This document shows, in pieces, positions 50,990 to 61,754 of a DNA stretch of 64,000 nt. Origin of the DNA: an uncultured Methanoregulaceae archaeon (GTDB lineage: Archaea > Halobacteriota > Methanomicrobia > Methanomicrobiales > Methanospirillaceae). Both the position numbers and the translations under genes were made by a program. The stretch covers positions 1,792,001 to 1,856,000 of the forward strand of contig CAVTTL010000001.1 in assembly GCA_963737635.1 (NCBI GenBank), given 5' to 3'. The number at the start of each line of letters is the position of its first letter. The stretch's first letter is position 1. The notes under the pieces were generated by a model. That model was not told where the DNA came from, did no database searches, and saw nothing but the letters and a program-made list of their open reading frames with translations.

Positions 50990-51286
50990 TTACCTTTCAG
51001 GACACGTAAAATCATTTAACGGGAAAAAATGAGATCTTACGACGGCCCGGGTTAAAAAAATGCATTTTTTGTATAATGATACATCGCGTTGCCGTTTCAA
51101 CCGGTCTTTACCGGATGCTTTCCCTTTTTTGCTATCATTCAGGATAACGTAGGCCATCAGGCCGAAAATAATGCCAACGGCGAGAGCGAAAGCCAGTGGA
51201 TTACCTATCACGGTTACGATAAACGTGACGATGATCCCAAGAAGTATTCCTTTAATCTTCGGGCTTTTAAGTTCCTGAACATGCAT
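50990..51286 (-). CDS. Small AT-rich hypothetical membrane protein
   Basis: Two hydrophobic helices; co-oriented between cbiE and ilvD; 3' end uncertain. Confidence 0.4.
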   Translation of the reverse strand: MHVQELKSPKIKGILLGIIVTFIVTVIGNPLAFALAVGIIFGLMAYVILNDSKKGKASGKDRLKRQRDVSLYKKCIFLTRAVVRSHFFPLNDFTCPER

Positions 51287-51448
51287 ACCAGTTCATATTG
51301 GTACTTCAGATAAATAGGCATCACTGTGGGAAGGGACATGGAGCATATCCCGGGAAGTTTTTTGAATTATATTGTCTTCCATTTTGGGTTATTACCATCG
51401 ATATTACGTGCTTTTCAAGGAACGAGCTATCCTCGATTTCCACCCTGT

Positions 51449-52042
51449 TCATTGCCCAAACTGACCGATAACAAGCGAATAGAGATCTGCATTTGGCAAA
51501 GGGGGAGCAGTAAGGTCGCCCGTCAAGATCAGCTCGTCAGGATAACCGAGGTTTTCACAGATCGCAATCCTGATCGAGGCATACAGTCCCATCGTCCCGA
51601 GGCGACGGTACAATTCTATTACGTCAAATTTGGGGTCCGCGATAAGAAAAACAATTTTTTCCCGGCGCAGTTCTTCAATGGTTTCCTGCATTGCCCGGTC
51701 ATGACCCCGCCCGTGAGCAACGATCACAGCGACCCGGGAGAGCGGGATGTGCAACCGGGCGGCAGCAACCTGGAGCGACGAGATGCCGGGGATCACTTCA
51801 CCGGGCAGATAGCCAAGGCCGGCAAGCATGGGATCGCCGGTCGAGAGAATTACGGCATTTTCAGGCAGCTGCGAGAGGTTCCGGTAATCGCTGATAGACC
51901 TTACGGTGCAGTTCTTCGGGATCAGTTTTCGCACCATTTCGATGGCCCGGCCAGACCCATAGATAAAACGGGCCGACCTGATAGCCTGTGAAGCCTGTTC
52001 CGTGACCATCCCCGGCCCACATCCCACCCCGACGATCTTCAT
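51449..52042 (-). CDS. cbiE: Cobalt-precorrin-7 C5-methyltransferase
   Basis: MKIVGVGCGPG, LSTGDPMLAGLG, PGISSLQVA, ENLGYPDE. Confidence 0.9.
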   Translation of the reverse strand: MKIVGVGCGPGMVTEQASQAIRSARFIYGSGRAIEMVRKLIPKNCTVRSISDYRNLSQLPENAVILSTGDPMLAGLGYLPGEVIPGISSLQVAAARLHIPLSRVAVIVAHGRGHDRAMQETIEELRREKIVFLIADPKFDVIELYRRLGTMGLYASIRIAICENLGYPDELILTGDLTAPPLPNADLYSLVIGQFGQ

Positions 52043-53044
52043 GGACTCTCCGCGATAATCTCTCCATCCCTATTCACAAGCACAACCCGGATATCAGGAT
52101 GTTCTTTTCTGTACGCTGCAAGGATTGGCGTGGCAACCTGCACAAAAACCAGCGATGCAGCCAGTTCCTCAACAGTCTTGTAGCCTGTCTGCTCCAAGAT
52201 ATGTGGCTCGATATATTTTAAAATCAGCGCAGGGAGCCCACAGAGTGTTACCTCACCTTTCGCAGCAGACAATGCTTCGCCGATCTTTCCCCCGACGAGC
52301 ACAACTTCGCGAATCCGGGAAGAGAAGACGCGAGTACCGGAGCCCGACCCTCCCGGTAGTAATGACGATGTGAGATGCACCGGCAACCCGGGTGAGGACG
52401 GACGCTTCCAGATGGTCGTCCCATGGTTCGACAAGCCCGGTCGATCCCAGAACGGAGATCCCGCCTTCGATCCCGACCCGGGGGTTGAGAGTCTTTTCTG
52501 CGATACGTTCGCCATCAGGGATCGAGAGCCTGACCGTAGCACCCGGAAGACAACTTTCATCGAGGGCTTCCTGCATGGAAAAAAGAATGCAGGCAAGCGG
52601 TGTTTCGCTAATCACAGGCGCCCCTTTCGGGTACCGGGGCGTATCGCGGACAAACCGGCCGATGCCCTGTCCCGGTACAAGGGAAAGACCCTTCTCTGCG
52701 ACAGCGGCCTCTGCTACAAATTCAATACCTGCCGTTACATCCGAAGGATAGTCCCCGGCATATTTCCTGCATGATGCCTCTCCGGCCCGGGCTGTAACAG
52801 GAAGGTCTGCCACCAGACCGCAGGGAAGTTTTACGGTGACCTGCGAAACAGCACCGGAAAGGGAAAGGATAGCAGCCTTACATGCGGCAGCAGCCGTAGT
52901 CCCCGTCGTGAACCCACGCCGGAGGATCGTGCCCGATGCCGTCAGGACCGCAAAACCCTGTGAAACACGATCGAGTTCCTGGATATCGGAGACCTTCTCC
53001 TGCCAGCCTTCGGGATAGATGAAACCGGTGACCGGGTCTCTCAT
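52039..53044 (-). CDS. cbiD: Cobalt-precorrin-5B C1-methyltransferase, apparent frameshift at ~52312
   Basis: LRRGFTTGTTAAAA, KTLNPRVGIEGGISVLGSTGLVEPW. Confidence 0.93.
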
Positions 53045-53705
53045 GACCCCGCTCCCTCGATCAGCAGGGTAATGCATTCATTGATAGCTGCGACCGCTAC
53101 GGGAGTTCCTCCCCGGGTGCCTTCGGTCGAAACGGAGGGGATTTCAAGGGTCCGGAGGAGAGCCTTTGATTCCGCTGCGTTGACAAAACCGACCGGTGCA
53201 CCAATAATGACCGCCGGGCGGATACCTTCCTTTATCATTTCGCAGATGGTAAGGAGGGCAGACGGGGCATTTCCTATAACTACAATGGCACCCGGCATCC
53301 GGTCCCGGAGAGCAACAAAACCGGCAGAACTCCTCGTAATCCCCCTCTCACGGGCAATCTCGTCGCCATAATCCAGTGCACACAGGATCTCCGATTGGTG
53401 CCCGTTCTTCTGGATCCCCACCTGTACCATCCGGATGTCGGTGATGATGGGAGCCCGGTCTTCAGCGCCCTGACCGTTGCCGTCACCGGCTCGGCATTGA
53501 ATCGCAGGAGATCGGCCATGGCAAAATCCCCTACGGCGACGGAGCATCGCTGGCGCACCCGGTCTTCGGGAGTCCGGTCTCCTACCATTTTCCGGGCAAG
53601 CATGCGCGAGGTCTTGGAGATCTCGTAAGCCTCCGGGGTGGTTGCACCTAAATCAATATACGTATTTGCGGTGGTACCCGCGTGGCGTGATGATTCCTTT
53701 GACAT
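53041..53705 (-). CDS. cbiC: Cobalt-precorrin-8 methylmutase, apparent frameshift at ~53455
   Basis: APIITDIRMV, GITRS, VIGNAPSAL, GAPVGFVNAAESK, RGGTPVAVA. Confidence 0.92.
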
Positions 53706-54441
53706 CGTTACCCATCCTCCATATTCTGCTTTCGCTCCCGCCAATAATAACTGTCGTGTGCATGTCGACCTCATCAATCATATGCTCGATCTCACCGAGC
53801 GTTGTGATAACAGGTTTTGTCCCTCCCTTGCGAAGGGCATTTTTTACGATCGCAACCGGCACTGTAGCCGGATAGTATTTCCTTGCATGCTCAAGGGCGA
53901 GAGCAAAATTATGCGGCCGACCACGACTCCGGGGATTGTAGATCACCACTGGCATCCCGACCGAGAAGACCGCATCGAGCCGCTGCTCGATCACCTCGAG
54001 TGGCGTAAGAAGATCCGAGAGACTTATAACTGCGAAATCCCCGGATAAAGGGGACCCGGTAAGAGACGCGGCAGCGTTTGCCGCCGTGACGCCGGGTACG
54101 ATCTCTACCGGGATGGTTGCGCCCGAATGCTCAAGCACTTCAAGCACGATTCCGGCCATCCCATACACGCCGGCATCCCCGCCGGAGACAATAGCAACCG
54201 GGTGTGATTGTGCAAGCTCGATGGCTTTTCTGGCCCGTTCGACCTCTTTTCCCATCGAGCTCCGGATCACCTGCTTGCCGTCAAGGAGCGGCTGGATCGC
54301 GTCAAGATAACTGTCGTTTCCGATCACGTATTCTGCATGGGAGAGCACATCAGCAGCACGGCCGGTCATATACTCCGGGAACCCGGGACCGATCCCCACG
54401 ATCCAGAGACCGTTTGACTGATGTTCAGCGGGCAATGGCAA
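53653..54441 (-). CDS. cbiH: Cobalt-precorrin-3B C17-methyltransferase
   Basis: IVGIGPG, VSGGDAGVYGMAG, DFAVISLSDLLTP, YNPRS, ITPRGY. Confidence 0.93.
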   Translation of the reverse strand: MPLPAEHQSNGLWIVGIGPGFPEYMTGRAADVLSHAEYVIGNDSYLDAIQPLLDGKQVIRSSMGKEVERARKAIELAQSHPVAIVSGGDAGVYGMAGIVLEVLEHSGATIPVEIVPGVTAANAAASLTGSPLSGDFAVISLSDLLTPLEVIEQRLDAVFSVGMPVVIYNPRSRGRPHNFALALEHARKYYPATVPVAIVKNALRKGGTKPVITTLGEIEHMIDEVDMHTTVIIGGSESRIWRMGNDVKGIITPRGYHRKYVY

Positions 54442-55297
54442 TCGTCACCTTCGTAAAAACCGTCTTTTTCATAATAAGATCCCGGTGTTTTGAGACCGCA
54501 AGCGCACACGGTTCTGCGACCCCGACAAGGCCAATCTTTTTTGCTTTTGATGGTGTTTCGGGCACCTGCGCATTAATAGTGTCGTCGTCAAGGAATATTA
54601 AATTGGCAGGGATTGCGGCAATTGCATCGCGGAGGCCGGTCTCGTCGCATTTTTTTGCGGTGGTTGCAAACATCATGATATCCTGCGGGGCGATGCCAGC
54701 CTGCGCCAGTGCTTCGTTTATCGCCCGTGTTACCTCTTCCGCCTTCACTCCTTTACGGCACCCAATACCGATCATGTATTCACCCTTGTGCACGAGCAGC
54801 GACACATCCGGGCCTGCAATGACGATCCCGGGGCCGGGAACGGAATAGATCTTTGCTCTGCCGTCCAGTATTCCTGCATTAACTATGCGGGTCGAATCGC
54901 GGTTGACGATATCGCAGCCGGAGCGGTCTGCAATTGCTTCGACAGAATCCCGGCCCGTCGCTTCTGTTGCCGTTGAGATGACCGGGACAAGCCCGAGCCC
55001 GGCAAGTTCCTTGGCAAGGTCGTTCGCCCCGTGATGCCCTCCGAGGAGCGGGATTGCGTACGAAAAGTCAGGAGTGACCACGACCACGGCCGGATCCGTC
55101 CACTTGTCTTTGAGTAGCGGGGCGATACTGCGCACCACGATACCCATGGACATCAGGGCGACGATGCGACGGGCTGCCGGAAAGGCCTCGGCAAAAACAC
55201 CTGCCCGGTATTCTATGATGTCCGCGTTGAGGAAATCCGCGATCCGCCGGGCGTCCGGCAGGAACCGGGGAAGTGCGATCACTACAGTATCGGTCAT
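54425..55297 (-). CDS. cbiG: Cobalt-precorrin-5A hydrolase
   Basis: GIVVRSIAP..KDKWTDPAVVV, LLGGHHGAN, ISTATE, GIGCRKG, GVAEPCAL. Confidence 0.93.
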   Translation of the reverse strand: MTDTVVIALPRFLPDARRIADFLNADIIEYRAGVFAEAFPAARRIVALMSMGIVVRSIAPLLKDKWTDPAVVVVTPDFSYAIPLLGGHHGANDLAKELAGLGLVPVISTATEATGRDSVEAIADRSGCDIVNRDSTRIVNAGILDGRAKIYSVPGPGIVIAGPDVSLLVHKGEYMIGIGCRKGVKAEEVTRAINEALAQAGIAPQDIMMFATTAKKCDETGLRDAIAAIPANLIFLDDDTINAQVPETPSKAKKIGLVGVAEPCALAVSKHRDLIMKKTVFTKVTIAIAR

Positions 55298-56032
55298 GAG
55301 TAAAGATACGATGTGATATGCCCCTCTTTTTTGTGCCAACTACGCCACCGATGAGGAGAAGTGCCGTATGCTCTATACCGGCCTCGTGTGCTCTGGCCGC
55401 AATATCGGCCACCGTTCCCCGGACAACCTTCTGGTCAGGCCACGACGCATGATAGACAACAGCTGCAGGTGTATCAGGGGGACAGGCCAGTTTCGCGGTG
55501 ATCTCCCCGAGTTTTTCTGTGCCAAGGAAGATCACCATAGTCGAACCAAGACGCGAGAATGCTTCTATCTGGTCTTTTTCCAGGGTCTTTCCCGCCGGCC
55601 GGGTAACGATAACCGATTCCGAAACACCCCGGAGCGTCAACTGGGTCCTGAGCGCCGCTGCAGCCGCAAACAGGGATGAGACCCCGGGAACCACCTCTAC
55701 ATCCACACCCTTCTCTTCGAGTCTTTCCATCTGTTCGACGATAGCACCGTACAGGGAGGGATCGCCGGAGTGAAGCCTTACCACTTTTTCCCCGGCGCAT
55801 GCGTACTGCACCATCGCATCGACTATTTCTTCGAGGTGCATACCCCAGCTGTCACATTTCACCCGGGCCCCCGACTCTTCAACAAGTACGGGGTTCACAA
55901 GCGATCCGGCATAGATCAGGATATCGGCACTTTTGATCAGTTCCTTTCCTTTTACGGTAATAAGCCCGGGTCACCGGGACCGGCACCGACAAACCAGACT
56001 TTAGGCGAGGAGACCTCTTTTTTTGCTGCCAT
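55294..56032 (-). CDS. cbiF: Cobalt-precorrin-4 C11-methyltransferase, apparent frameshifts at ~55966 and ~55328
   Basis: Reconstructed VWFVGAGPGDP.LITVKG...IYAGSLVN, RLHSGDPSLYGA, ASWPDQ and C-terminal SYLYS*. Confidence 0.9.
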
Positions 56033-56034
56033 AG

Positions 56035-56640
56035 TCATTGCCTCGCGTACAGCACACTCATGTAATCGCTTTTTTCCGGGATCTCATCGTTTTGGTAGAC
56101 TTTCATATCGGGGAAGAACATACGTTCGACGAGAATAAACTCCTCGTACCCTTCAGCCTTAAGGCCGGCGACAATCTTTTTCGGATGACGGGCTTTAAGC
56201 CGGATGAGAGCAGAAGGTTTGGCACCGTCAGTTACCAGAAATCCACCGGTAAGGGAGATCCCGGCTGCGGCAGCAAAAGCCGTGATCGAACTTATCCCGG
56301 GTTCAGTGCGAAACTCAATGCCGGGGTGACGCTCTGTGATGATGCCGCAGAGCCGCGAGAACGTGGAAAAAAAGTTCGGGTCGCCGAGGATGCCAAAGAC
56401 TGCGAGCCTATCCTGTGCGACCAGGGCAATCTTTTCCGCATTTGATTCAAGACATTCCCGGATCCGGTTCTCGTCATCAGTCATAGGGAAGTCGAGCATG
56501 ACCGGGTCGCGGTACGGTGCGACGAGATCGGCCGCGATCCGTCCCGGCACAAAGACGGTATCTGCCTCCCTGAGCAGCCGGACTGCCCGGAGCGTCAGGA
56601 GTTCCGGGTTTCCCGGACCAAGCCCGAGGCCTACGAGCAT
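56035..56640 (-). CDS. cbiL: Cobalt-factor II C20-methyltransferase
   Basis: GLGLGPGNPELLTLRA, FPMT, ILGDPNFFSTF, PGISS, YMS. Confidence 0.9.
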   Translation of the reverse strand: MLVGLGLGPGNPELLTLRAVRLLREADTVFVPGRIAADLVAPYRDPVMLDFPMTDDENRIRECLESNAEKIALVAQDRLAVFGILGDPNFFSTFSRLCGIITERHPGIEFRTEPGISSITAFAAAAGISLTGGFLVTDGAKPSALIRLKARHPKKIVAGLKAEGYEEFILVERMFFPDMKVYQNDEIPEKSDYMSVLYARQ

Positions 56641-57173
56641 GCAGCACCAGCCCCAACAACGATATACACTGGATCGATCGGTTTGAACATTACGCTCTTC
56701 CCGAGAGCATGCGAACGGGAGACCTGCACGTGTACGGCCTCACGGAAGATCCCGAGTGCCTGCATCGTAGTAATGACCGTCGTAAGAGTGTTGACGAGTA
56801 CGGCGTTCACTACAATTACTCTCCGGACTTTCTTTGCAAGGAGCGGGAGAATAGTTTCGATCTGCTGTGAGCCGCCGACAAATGCACAATCGAATACCGA
56901 GGCGGTTTTTAAGAATTCAAGCCCTTCGCCACAGAAAAATTCTATGTTTGTTACCCCGGCCTTTCCGGCCGCCTTTTTCGCGTACGCGACAGCCTCCGGG
57001 CGCCGGTCGATCGCGAAGACTTTTTTTGCACAATCTGCAGCGGCAATCGAGACTTTACCGGTCCCGCACCCGAGATCGAGGACGATATCGTCACGCGTGA
57101 TGCCCATTTTGAAGAGAGAAACGGCCATAATCTCGTCGTGTGTCGGACCGCCGGCAGGCACTGCGTCTTCCAT
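56631..57173 (-). CDS. cbiT: Cobalt-precorrin-6B C15-methyltransferase (decarboxylating)
   Basis: GGPTHDEI, DLGCGTGKVSI, AFVGGS, VVNAV; first gene of the cbi operon. Confidence 0.9.
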   Translation of the reverse strand: MEDAVPAGGPTHDEIMAVSLFKMGITRDDIVLDLGCGTGKVSIAAADCAKKVFAIDRRPEAVAYAKKAAGKAGVTNIEFFCGEGLEFLKTASVFDCAFVGGSQQIETILPLLAKKVRRVIVVNAVLVNTLTTVITTMQALGIFREAVHVQVSRSHALGKSVMFKPIDPVYIVVGAGAACS

Positions 57174-57329
57174 CTTCCCAAATTTAGTTGTGTTAATGTA
57201 TTAATGCTTGTAAAACCCCGGCTGAAGGGCACGATATGAAATAATAATGATATGGCCGTATTTTGCCCGCGAGGTATATATGGCACATCTGTTACATAGT
57301 CTGTAGGATTTACCGCTGGAGAGGATGTA

Positions 57330-58418
57330 TTGAACACCGGCAATTCAACAGGTTCTTTCTATGACGCCCCGGAAAATCTGAAAGCATCTGTATTTGTTAT
57401 TCTCATTCTCATAGGCATTTTTCTTGAAGGCTTAATCCATTTTGCGGATGGGATCGCGATCGTTTATTCCCAGTTTTATTACCTGATCGTCGTCGTTGCC
57501 GGCCTCTGGTACGGACGATTGGCGGTGGTAACTGCACTCTTCTTTGGCGGACTTGAGATTATCATAAGTCTGTTCCTTGTACCGGGAGCAATCCCCTTTG
57601 CCGCGATCCTCCGTGCCCTTATGCTGGTTATCGTGGCGGTCGTCATCTGGAAAGTCGTTGAGAATATGAAGAGGTACCAGAACCGGGTGCTCATCCAGAA
57701 CCGCGAATTAAAGGAAGTAAACGTGCAGCTGGCCAATTCCCAGAAGGCCTTTGTCATGGCAAACAAGAAGCTGAACTTGCTCTCCGGCATCACCCGGCAC
57801 GATATCAGGAATCAGCTGACGGCGCTTCTGGCGTATATCGAGCTCTCCAGAAAGATGGAGCCACCTGCGGAGCTGAAGAGAAACCTTGAGAATCAAGAGA
57901 TTGTAGCCAATAACATCCTGCGCCAGATCGAATTTACCAAGACCTATGAAGATATCGGCGTAAAGGCTCCGATCTGGAACAATGTCGCCCAGCTGATGGT
58001 CCTTAATTCACCGGCGCTTGCGAGTGCCGGCATCGATCTCACGATTTCCACTGACACGCTCGAGATCTACACCGATCCGCTCCTGGAAAAAGTATTCGAG
58101 AACCTGGTGGATAACTCGATTAGGCACGGCGAGCACGTGAAGCACATTACTGTCACGTACAAGAGACAAGAGACCGGCCTTCTTCTCATGTACTGTGACG
58201 ACGGGGTCGGCGTTATCGACACCGATAAAGAGAAGATATTTGAAAAGGGGTTTGGGAAACATACCGGCCTTGGTCTCTTTATCAGCCGGGAGATCCTCTC
58301 GATCACCGGGGTATCGATCCGGGAAACCGGTCGCTACGGAAGCGGCGTGCGCTTCGAGATCGAAGTCCCGGACGACTGTTACCGGTTCGGTGGGAAACTG
58401 GTACCAGCCGGAACCTGA
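57330..58418 (+). CDS. Membrane-bound sensor histidine kinase
   Basis: About four TM helices, ITRHDIRNQL H box, NLVDNSIRHG, DDGVG, GLGLF. Confidence 0.88.
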   Translation: MNTGNSTGSFYDAPENLKASVFVILILIGIFLEGLIHFADGIAIVYSQFYYLIVVVAGLWYGRLAVVTALFFGGLEIIISLFLVPGAIPFAAILRALMLVIVAVVIWKVVENMKRYQNRVLIQNRELKEVNVQLANSQKAFVMANKKLNLLSGITRHDIRNQLTALLAYIELSRKMEPPAELKRNLENQEIVANNILRQIEFTKTYEDIGVKAPIWNNVAQLMVLNSPALASAGIDLTISTDTLEIYTDPLLEKVFENLVDNSIRHGEHVKHITVTYKRQETGLLLMYCDDGVGVIDTDKEKIFEKGFGKHTGLGLFISREILSITGVSIRETGRYGSGVRFEIEVPDDCYRFGGKLVPAGT

Positions 58419-58429
58419 TCACTGGATTG

Positions 58430-58885
58430 TTATTCCTTGGCCGGCATCGTTTCCTTTGGCCTTTTATCTGCCCCGGATCCGATCTGGACGCCGGCCTTTT
58501 TGATCAGGTAATAAGCGGCAGCAAGGCCGACAATGATGATCCCGATTCCGATAAGCTCACCTACGTCAGCTGATGCAGGGTCAAGCAGGATCACTTTCCG
58601 TGCGATTGCGATGATCGCGAGGAGGACGACCACCTCGACGTGAACTACGTTGTCGGCAATATAGGCCTTCATCGTATCCAGCAGCTCAACGGTAATGAGC
58701 ACGAGTAAAAATGACCCAAGTACGGCGACAATTTCACTAGTGGTCAGTAATCCCGGCGGCGATGTTATCAGGTCTGTGACAAGCAGGACAACCAGCTGTG
58801 CCAGAGCAAAGATGAGCACTGCACCAAGCAGGATTATAAGGACGATGTAGATCAAGCGTTCGAACTTGTTAATCTGTTCAATCAT
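58430..58885 (-). CDS. PsiE-family (phosphate-starvation-inducible E) membrane protein
   Basis: Four TM; LLVLITVELLDTMKAY...HVEVV..AIIAIARKVI. Confidence 0.8.
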   Translation of the reverse strand: MIEQINKFERLIYIVLIILLGAVLIFALAQLVVLLVTDLITSPPGLLTTSEIVAVLGSFLLVLITVELLDTMKAYIADNVVHVEVVVLLAIIAIARKVILLDPASADVGELIGIGIIIVGLAAAYYLIKKAGVQIGSGADKRPKETMPAKE

Positions 58886-59646
58886 CAGATATCACCCGGA
58901 GGAATGAGATCCGGTTGTCGGGGATCATATAACCGGACGACATCGCCGATCACAATAATCGCCGGAGGTTTTACTTCAGCCTGTACTGCCATATCTCCGA
59001 TGGCCGAAAGCGGGCCGGTCGTCACCCGACGGTCTTTTCGCAGACCGCGTTCGATGATCGCGACCGGTGTGCCTGCATCTTTCCCGTTTTCGAGAAGGGC
59101 ACGGGCGATATTGCCGAGGTTTGCCACTCCCATCAGGATCACGATCGTGCCCCGGCTCCGGGCGAGCAGTTTCCAGTCGAGTGCAGGGGCAGGTTTTGTC
59201 GGGTCTTCGTGACCGGTAAGGATGGTCACCTGAGAGGCATATTTCCGGTGCGTAACCGGGATTCCCACCGATGCCGGAACAGCAAGCGCACTGGAGATGC
59301 CCGGCACCATCTCGACCTCGATCCCGGCTGCCCGGACCATCTCCAGCTCCTCGCCACCCCGGCCAAAGAGGAAGGGATCCCCACCCTTTAGCCGGACGAT
59401 CGTGAGGCCTTTTTTGGCCCGCTCGACCATTCTGGACTCGATCTCACGCTGCTCCAGCGTGTGTTTCCCACCGAATTTCCCACAGTCGATCTTATCAGCC
59501 TTCTCCGGCAGGGAAGAAAGGATCTCTTCACCGGGCAGCTGGTCGTAGAAAATGACATCTGCCGTTTCAATAATATCGGCTGCCCGCTGGGTGAGGAGGC
59601 CGGTCCCGCCCGGGCCGGAGCCGACCAGATAGACTTTACCCATCAT
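58885..59646 (-). CDS. cobA: Uroporphyrinogen-III C-methyltransferase
   Basis: VYLVGSGPG, RLKGGDPFLFGRGGEE, GIPVTHR, TGHEDP. Confidence 0.95.
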   Translation of the reverse strand: MMGKVYLVGSGPGGTGLLTQRAADIIETADVIFYDQLPGEEILSSLPEKADKIDCGKFGGKHTLEQREIESRMVERAKKGLTIVRLKGGDPFLFGRGGEELEMVRAAGIEVEMVPGISSALAVPASVGIPVTHRKYASQVTILTGHEDPTKPAPALDWKLLARSRGTIVILMGVANLGNIARALLENGKDAGTPVAIIERGLRKDRRVTTGPLSAIGDMAVQAEVKPPAIIVIGDVVRLYDPRQPDLIPPGDI

Positions 59647-60525
59647 ACGAGATCCCCAGAGTGTGGTATGCATCCGCGATCAGGTCATGGGCCTGTTTCC
59701 GCAGTTCCTGGCCCTGTGCCCGTGCTTCATCTAGTGTTCTGATGTCCTTTTCGATGCGTTCCGTCCGTTTCCCGTCGAGCGAGAGGACTTCAGCGATTAA
59801 GTGCCCACCCTGGCAATAAATACCCATGGGGGTATAGCACCCGGCACCAACCTGTTCCATTACTGCCCGCTCGATTGCGACATCCTTTCGGGTGCCCGGG
59901 TGATCGAGGGCGGAAAGCACCTCTATAAGCGAGGGATCTGCCCGGCTCACGACAGCAATCGTTCCCTGGTTTGGTGAAGGAACGAACGTTTCCGGGGGGA
60001 GCCTTTCACCCGGAATCCGGATACCGAGCCGTGTCAGGCCGGCTTCAGCAAGGACAATGGCATTAAACTGGCCTTCGCTGAGTTTCCTGATCCGTGTGTC
60101 GATATTGCCCCGGAGATCTTTGATTTCCAGGGTAGGATCATGGCGCAGGAGCTCGGCCCGGCGCCGGGTACTCGACGTGCCAATCACCCTGACCGCTGAA
60201 CCGGGCCGGTATACGCAAGGAAATCCGCCGGAGAGTCGCGGGGAAGTATTGCCGACGTGATCAGACCTGAGGGACGGATTGCGGGAATATCCTTCATGCT
60301 GTGCACGGCACAATCGATTTCGTTATTGAGGATTGCATCATCAAGTGCACGGACAAAAACGCCCTGCTTTCCGATCGCGTGAAGGGGGACACTGGTGACC
60401 TCGTCCCCCACGGTCGTGATGATCTTCTGTTCGACTTCAATACCAAGGGCTTGGATCTTTTTTATGACCGTTGCCGTCTGGGCAAGCGCGAGCCTGCTGC
60501 CCCGGGTCCCGATCCTTACCGACAC
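59636..60525 (-). CDS. hemC: Hydroxymethylbilane synthase, apparent frameshift at ~60199
   Basis: [42 protein letters not shown]. Confidence 0.94.
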
Positions 60526-61754
60526 GCAGTGTACCCCCCGGTGACAGCCTCAAGATCTTTTCCGGTATGCGCAACAGAAAGGAAATTTGTCTCGAACTGT
60601 GATGGCGGAAGGAAGATCCCGCGGGAAAGCATCTTCTGCCAGAACCCGGTAAAGGCTCCTATATCGCATTCTTTAACCTCAGTATAGTTCCGCGGGGCGT
60701 TATCCCTGAAGAAGTACTTGAACATCGATCCAATCCGCACAAACGACCCTCCGTCTTTATCAATTGATTCAGCGAGCGCCCGGGTCTTCCCGTCAAGATC
60801 AGTATAGATACCGGGATGATCGTGCAGCCAGCGGACGGTTGCAATCCCGGCGGCAAGAGAAAGAGGATTCCCCGAGAACGTCCCTGCCTGGTAGACCGGA
60901 CCCTGCGGCGCGACCAGGGCCATAATTTCCCGCCGCCCGCAGAATGCGCCGATGGGAAGACCGCCGCCGACAATCTTCCCCAGTGTCGTGAGATCGGGTT
61001 TCACGCCAAACAGTACCTGCGCCCCGCCGATGCCCAGCCGGTAACCAGTGATCACCTCATCAAAGATCAAAAGGACGCCGTACGCCTTGGTGATCTCCCG
61101 GATATCCCTGAGGTAACGGTCTTCCGGGAGTACCGGCCCGATATTCCCGAGTACCGGTTCGATGATGAGAGCGGCGATGTCGTGATCCCGTGCGAGCATC
61201 GCTTCGAGCGCTTCTGCATCATTGTAAGGCAGCTGCCGGGTGTGGGCAACAACAGACCGGGGCACTCCTGCTGAATCGGGAACGCCCATCGTCGTTGCTC
61301 CCGAGCCGGCTTTTACGAGCACCCCGTCATGAGCGCCGTGGAAGCCTCCTTCAATCTTGATGATATCGGACTTCCCGGTAAATCCCCGGGCGAGCCGGAT
61401 TGCAGCCATGGTTGCTTCCGATCCACTTGATACGAACCGCACCATGTCCATACCCGGGTGGTCACCGGTGATAAGCCGGGCAAACTCCGGTTCGTGAGGT
61501 GTTGGCGTGCCATACAACCAGCCCTTCTCAAGCTGTCCGGTAATCGCTCTTTTGATCTCCGGGTGAGCATGACCCAGGAGGAGGGGGCCGTAGGCCATGC
61601 AACAGTCGATGAGTTTTCCACCATCCGCTGTTGTAATGTGGGCACCTTCCGCATGCACGGTGTAAAACGGATACGGCTTGATTGCCCGGACCGGGCTTGA
61701 GACGCCGCCGGGCATCAGGGCCTGGGCCTCAGAAAACAGTTCAGAGCTCTTCAT
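60516..61754 (-). CDS. hemL: Glutamate-1-semialdehyde 2,1-aminomutase
   Basis: [47 protein letters not shown]. Confidence 0.96.
   Translation of the reverse strand: MKSSELFSEAQALMPGGVSSPVRAIKPYPFYTVHAEGAHITTADGGKLIDCCMAYGPLLLGHAHPEIKRAITGQLEKGWLYGTPTPHEPEFARLITGDHPGMDMVRFVSSGSEATMAAIRLARGFTGKSDIIKIEGGFHGAHDGVLVKAGSGATTMGVPDSAGVPRSVVAHTRQLPYNDAEALEAMLARDHDIAALIIEPVLGNIGPVLPEDRYLRDIREITKAYGVLLIFDEVITGYRLGIGGAQVLFGVKPDLTTLGKIVGGGLPIGAFCGRREIMALVAPQGPVYQAGTFSGNPLSLAAGIATVRWLHDHPGIYTDLDGKTRALAESIDKDGGSFVRIGSMFKYFFRDNAPRNYTEVKECDIGAFTGFWQKMLSRGIFLPPSQFETNFLSVAHTGKDLEAVTGGYTACR

Noticed and set aside
770-60210. Mass pseudogenization or programmed frameshifting in dnaK, mutS, ilvD, hemC, cbiC/D/F, trm11 and the S-layer gene
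   Set aside because: The breaks are single-base indels in otherwise intact housekeeping genes. There are no accompanying nonsense mutations, no decay and no shared slippery heptamer. Sequencing error is far more likely.
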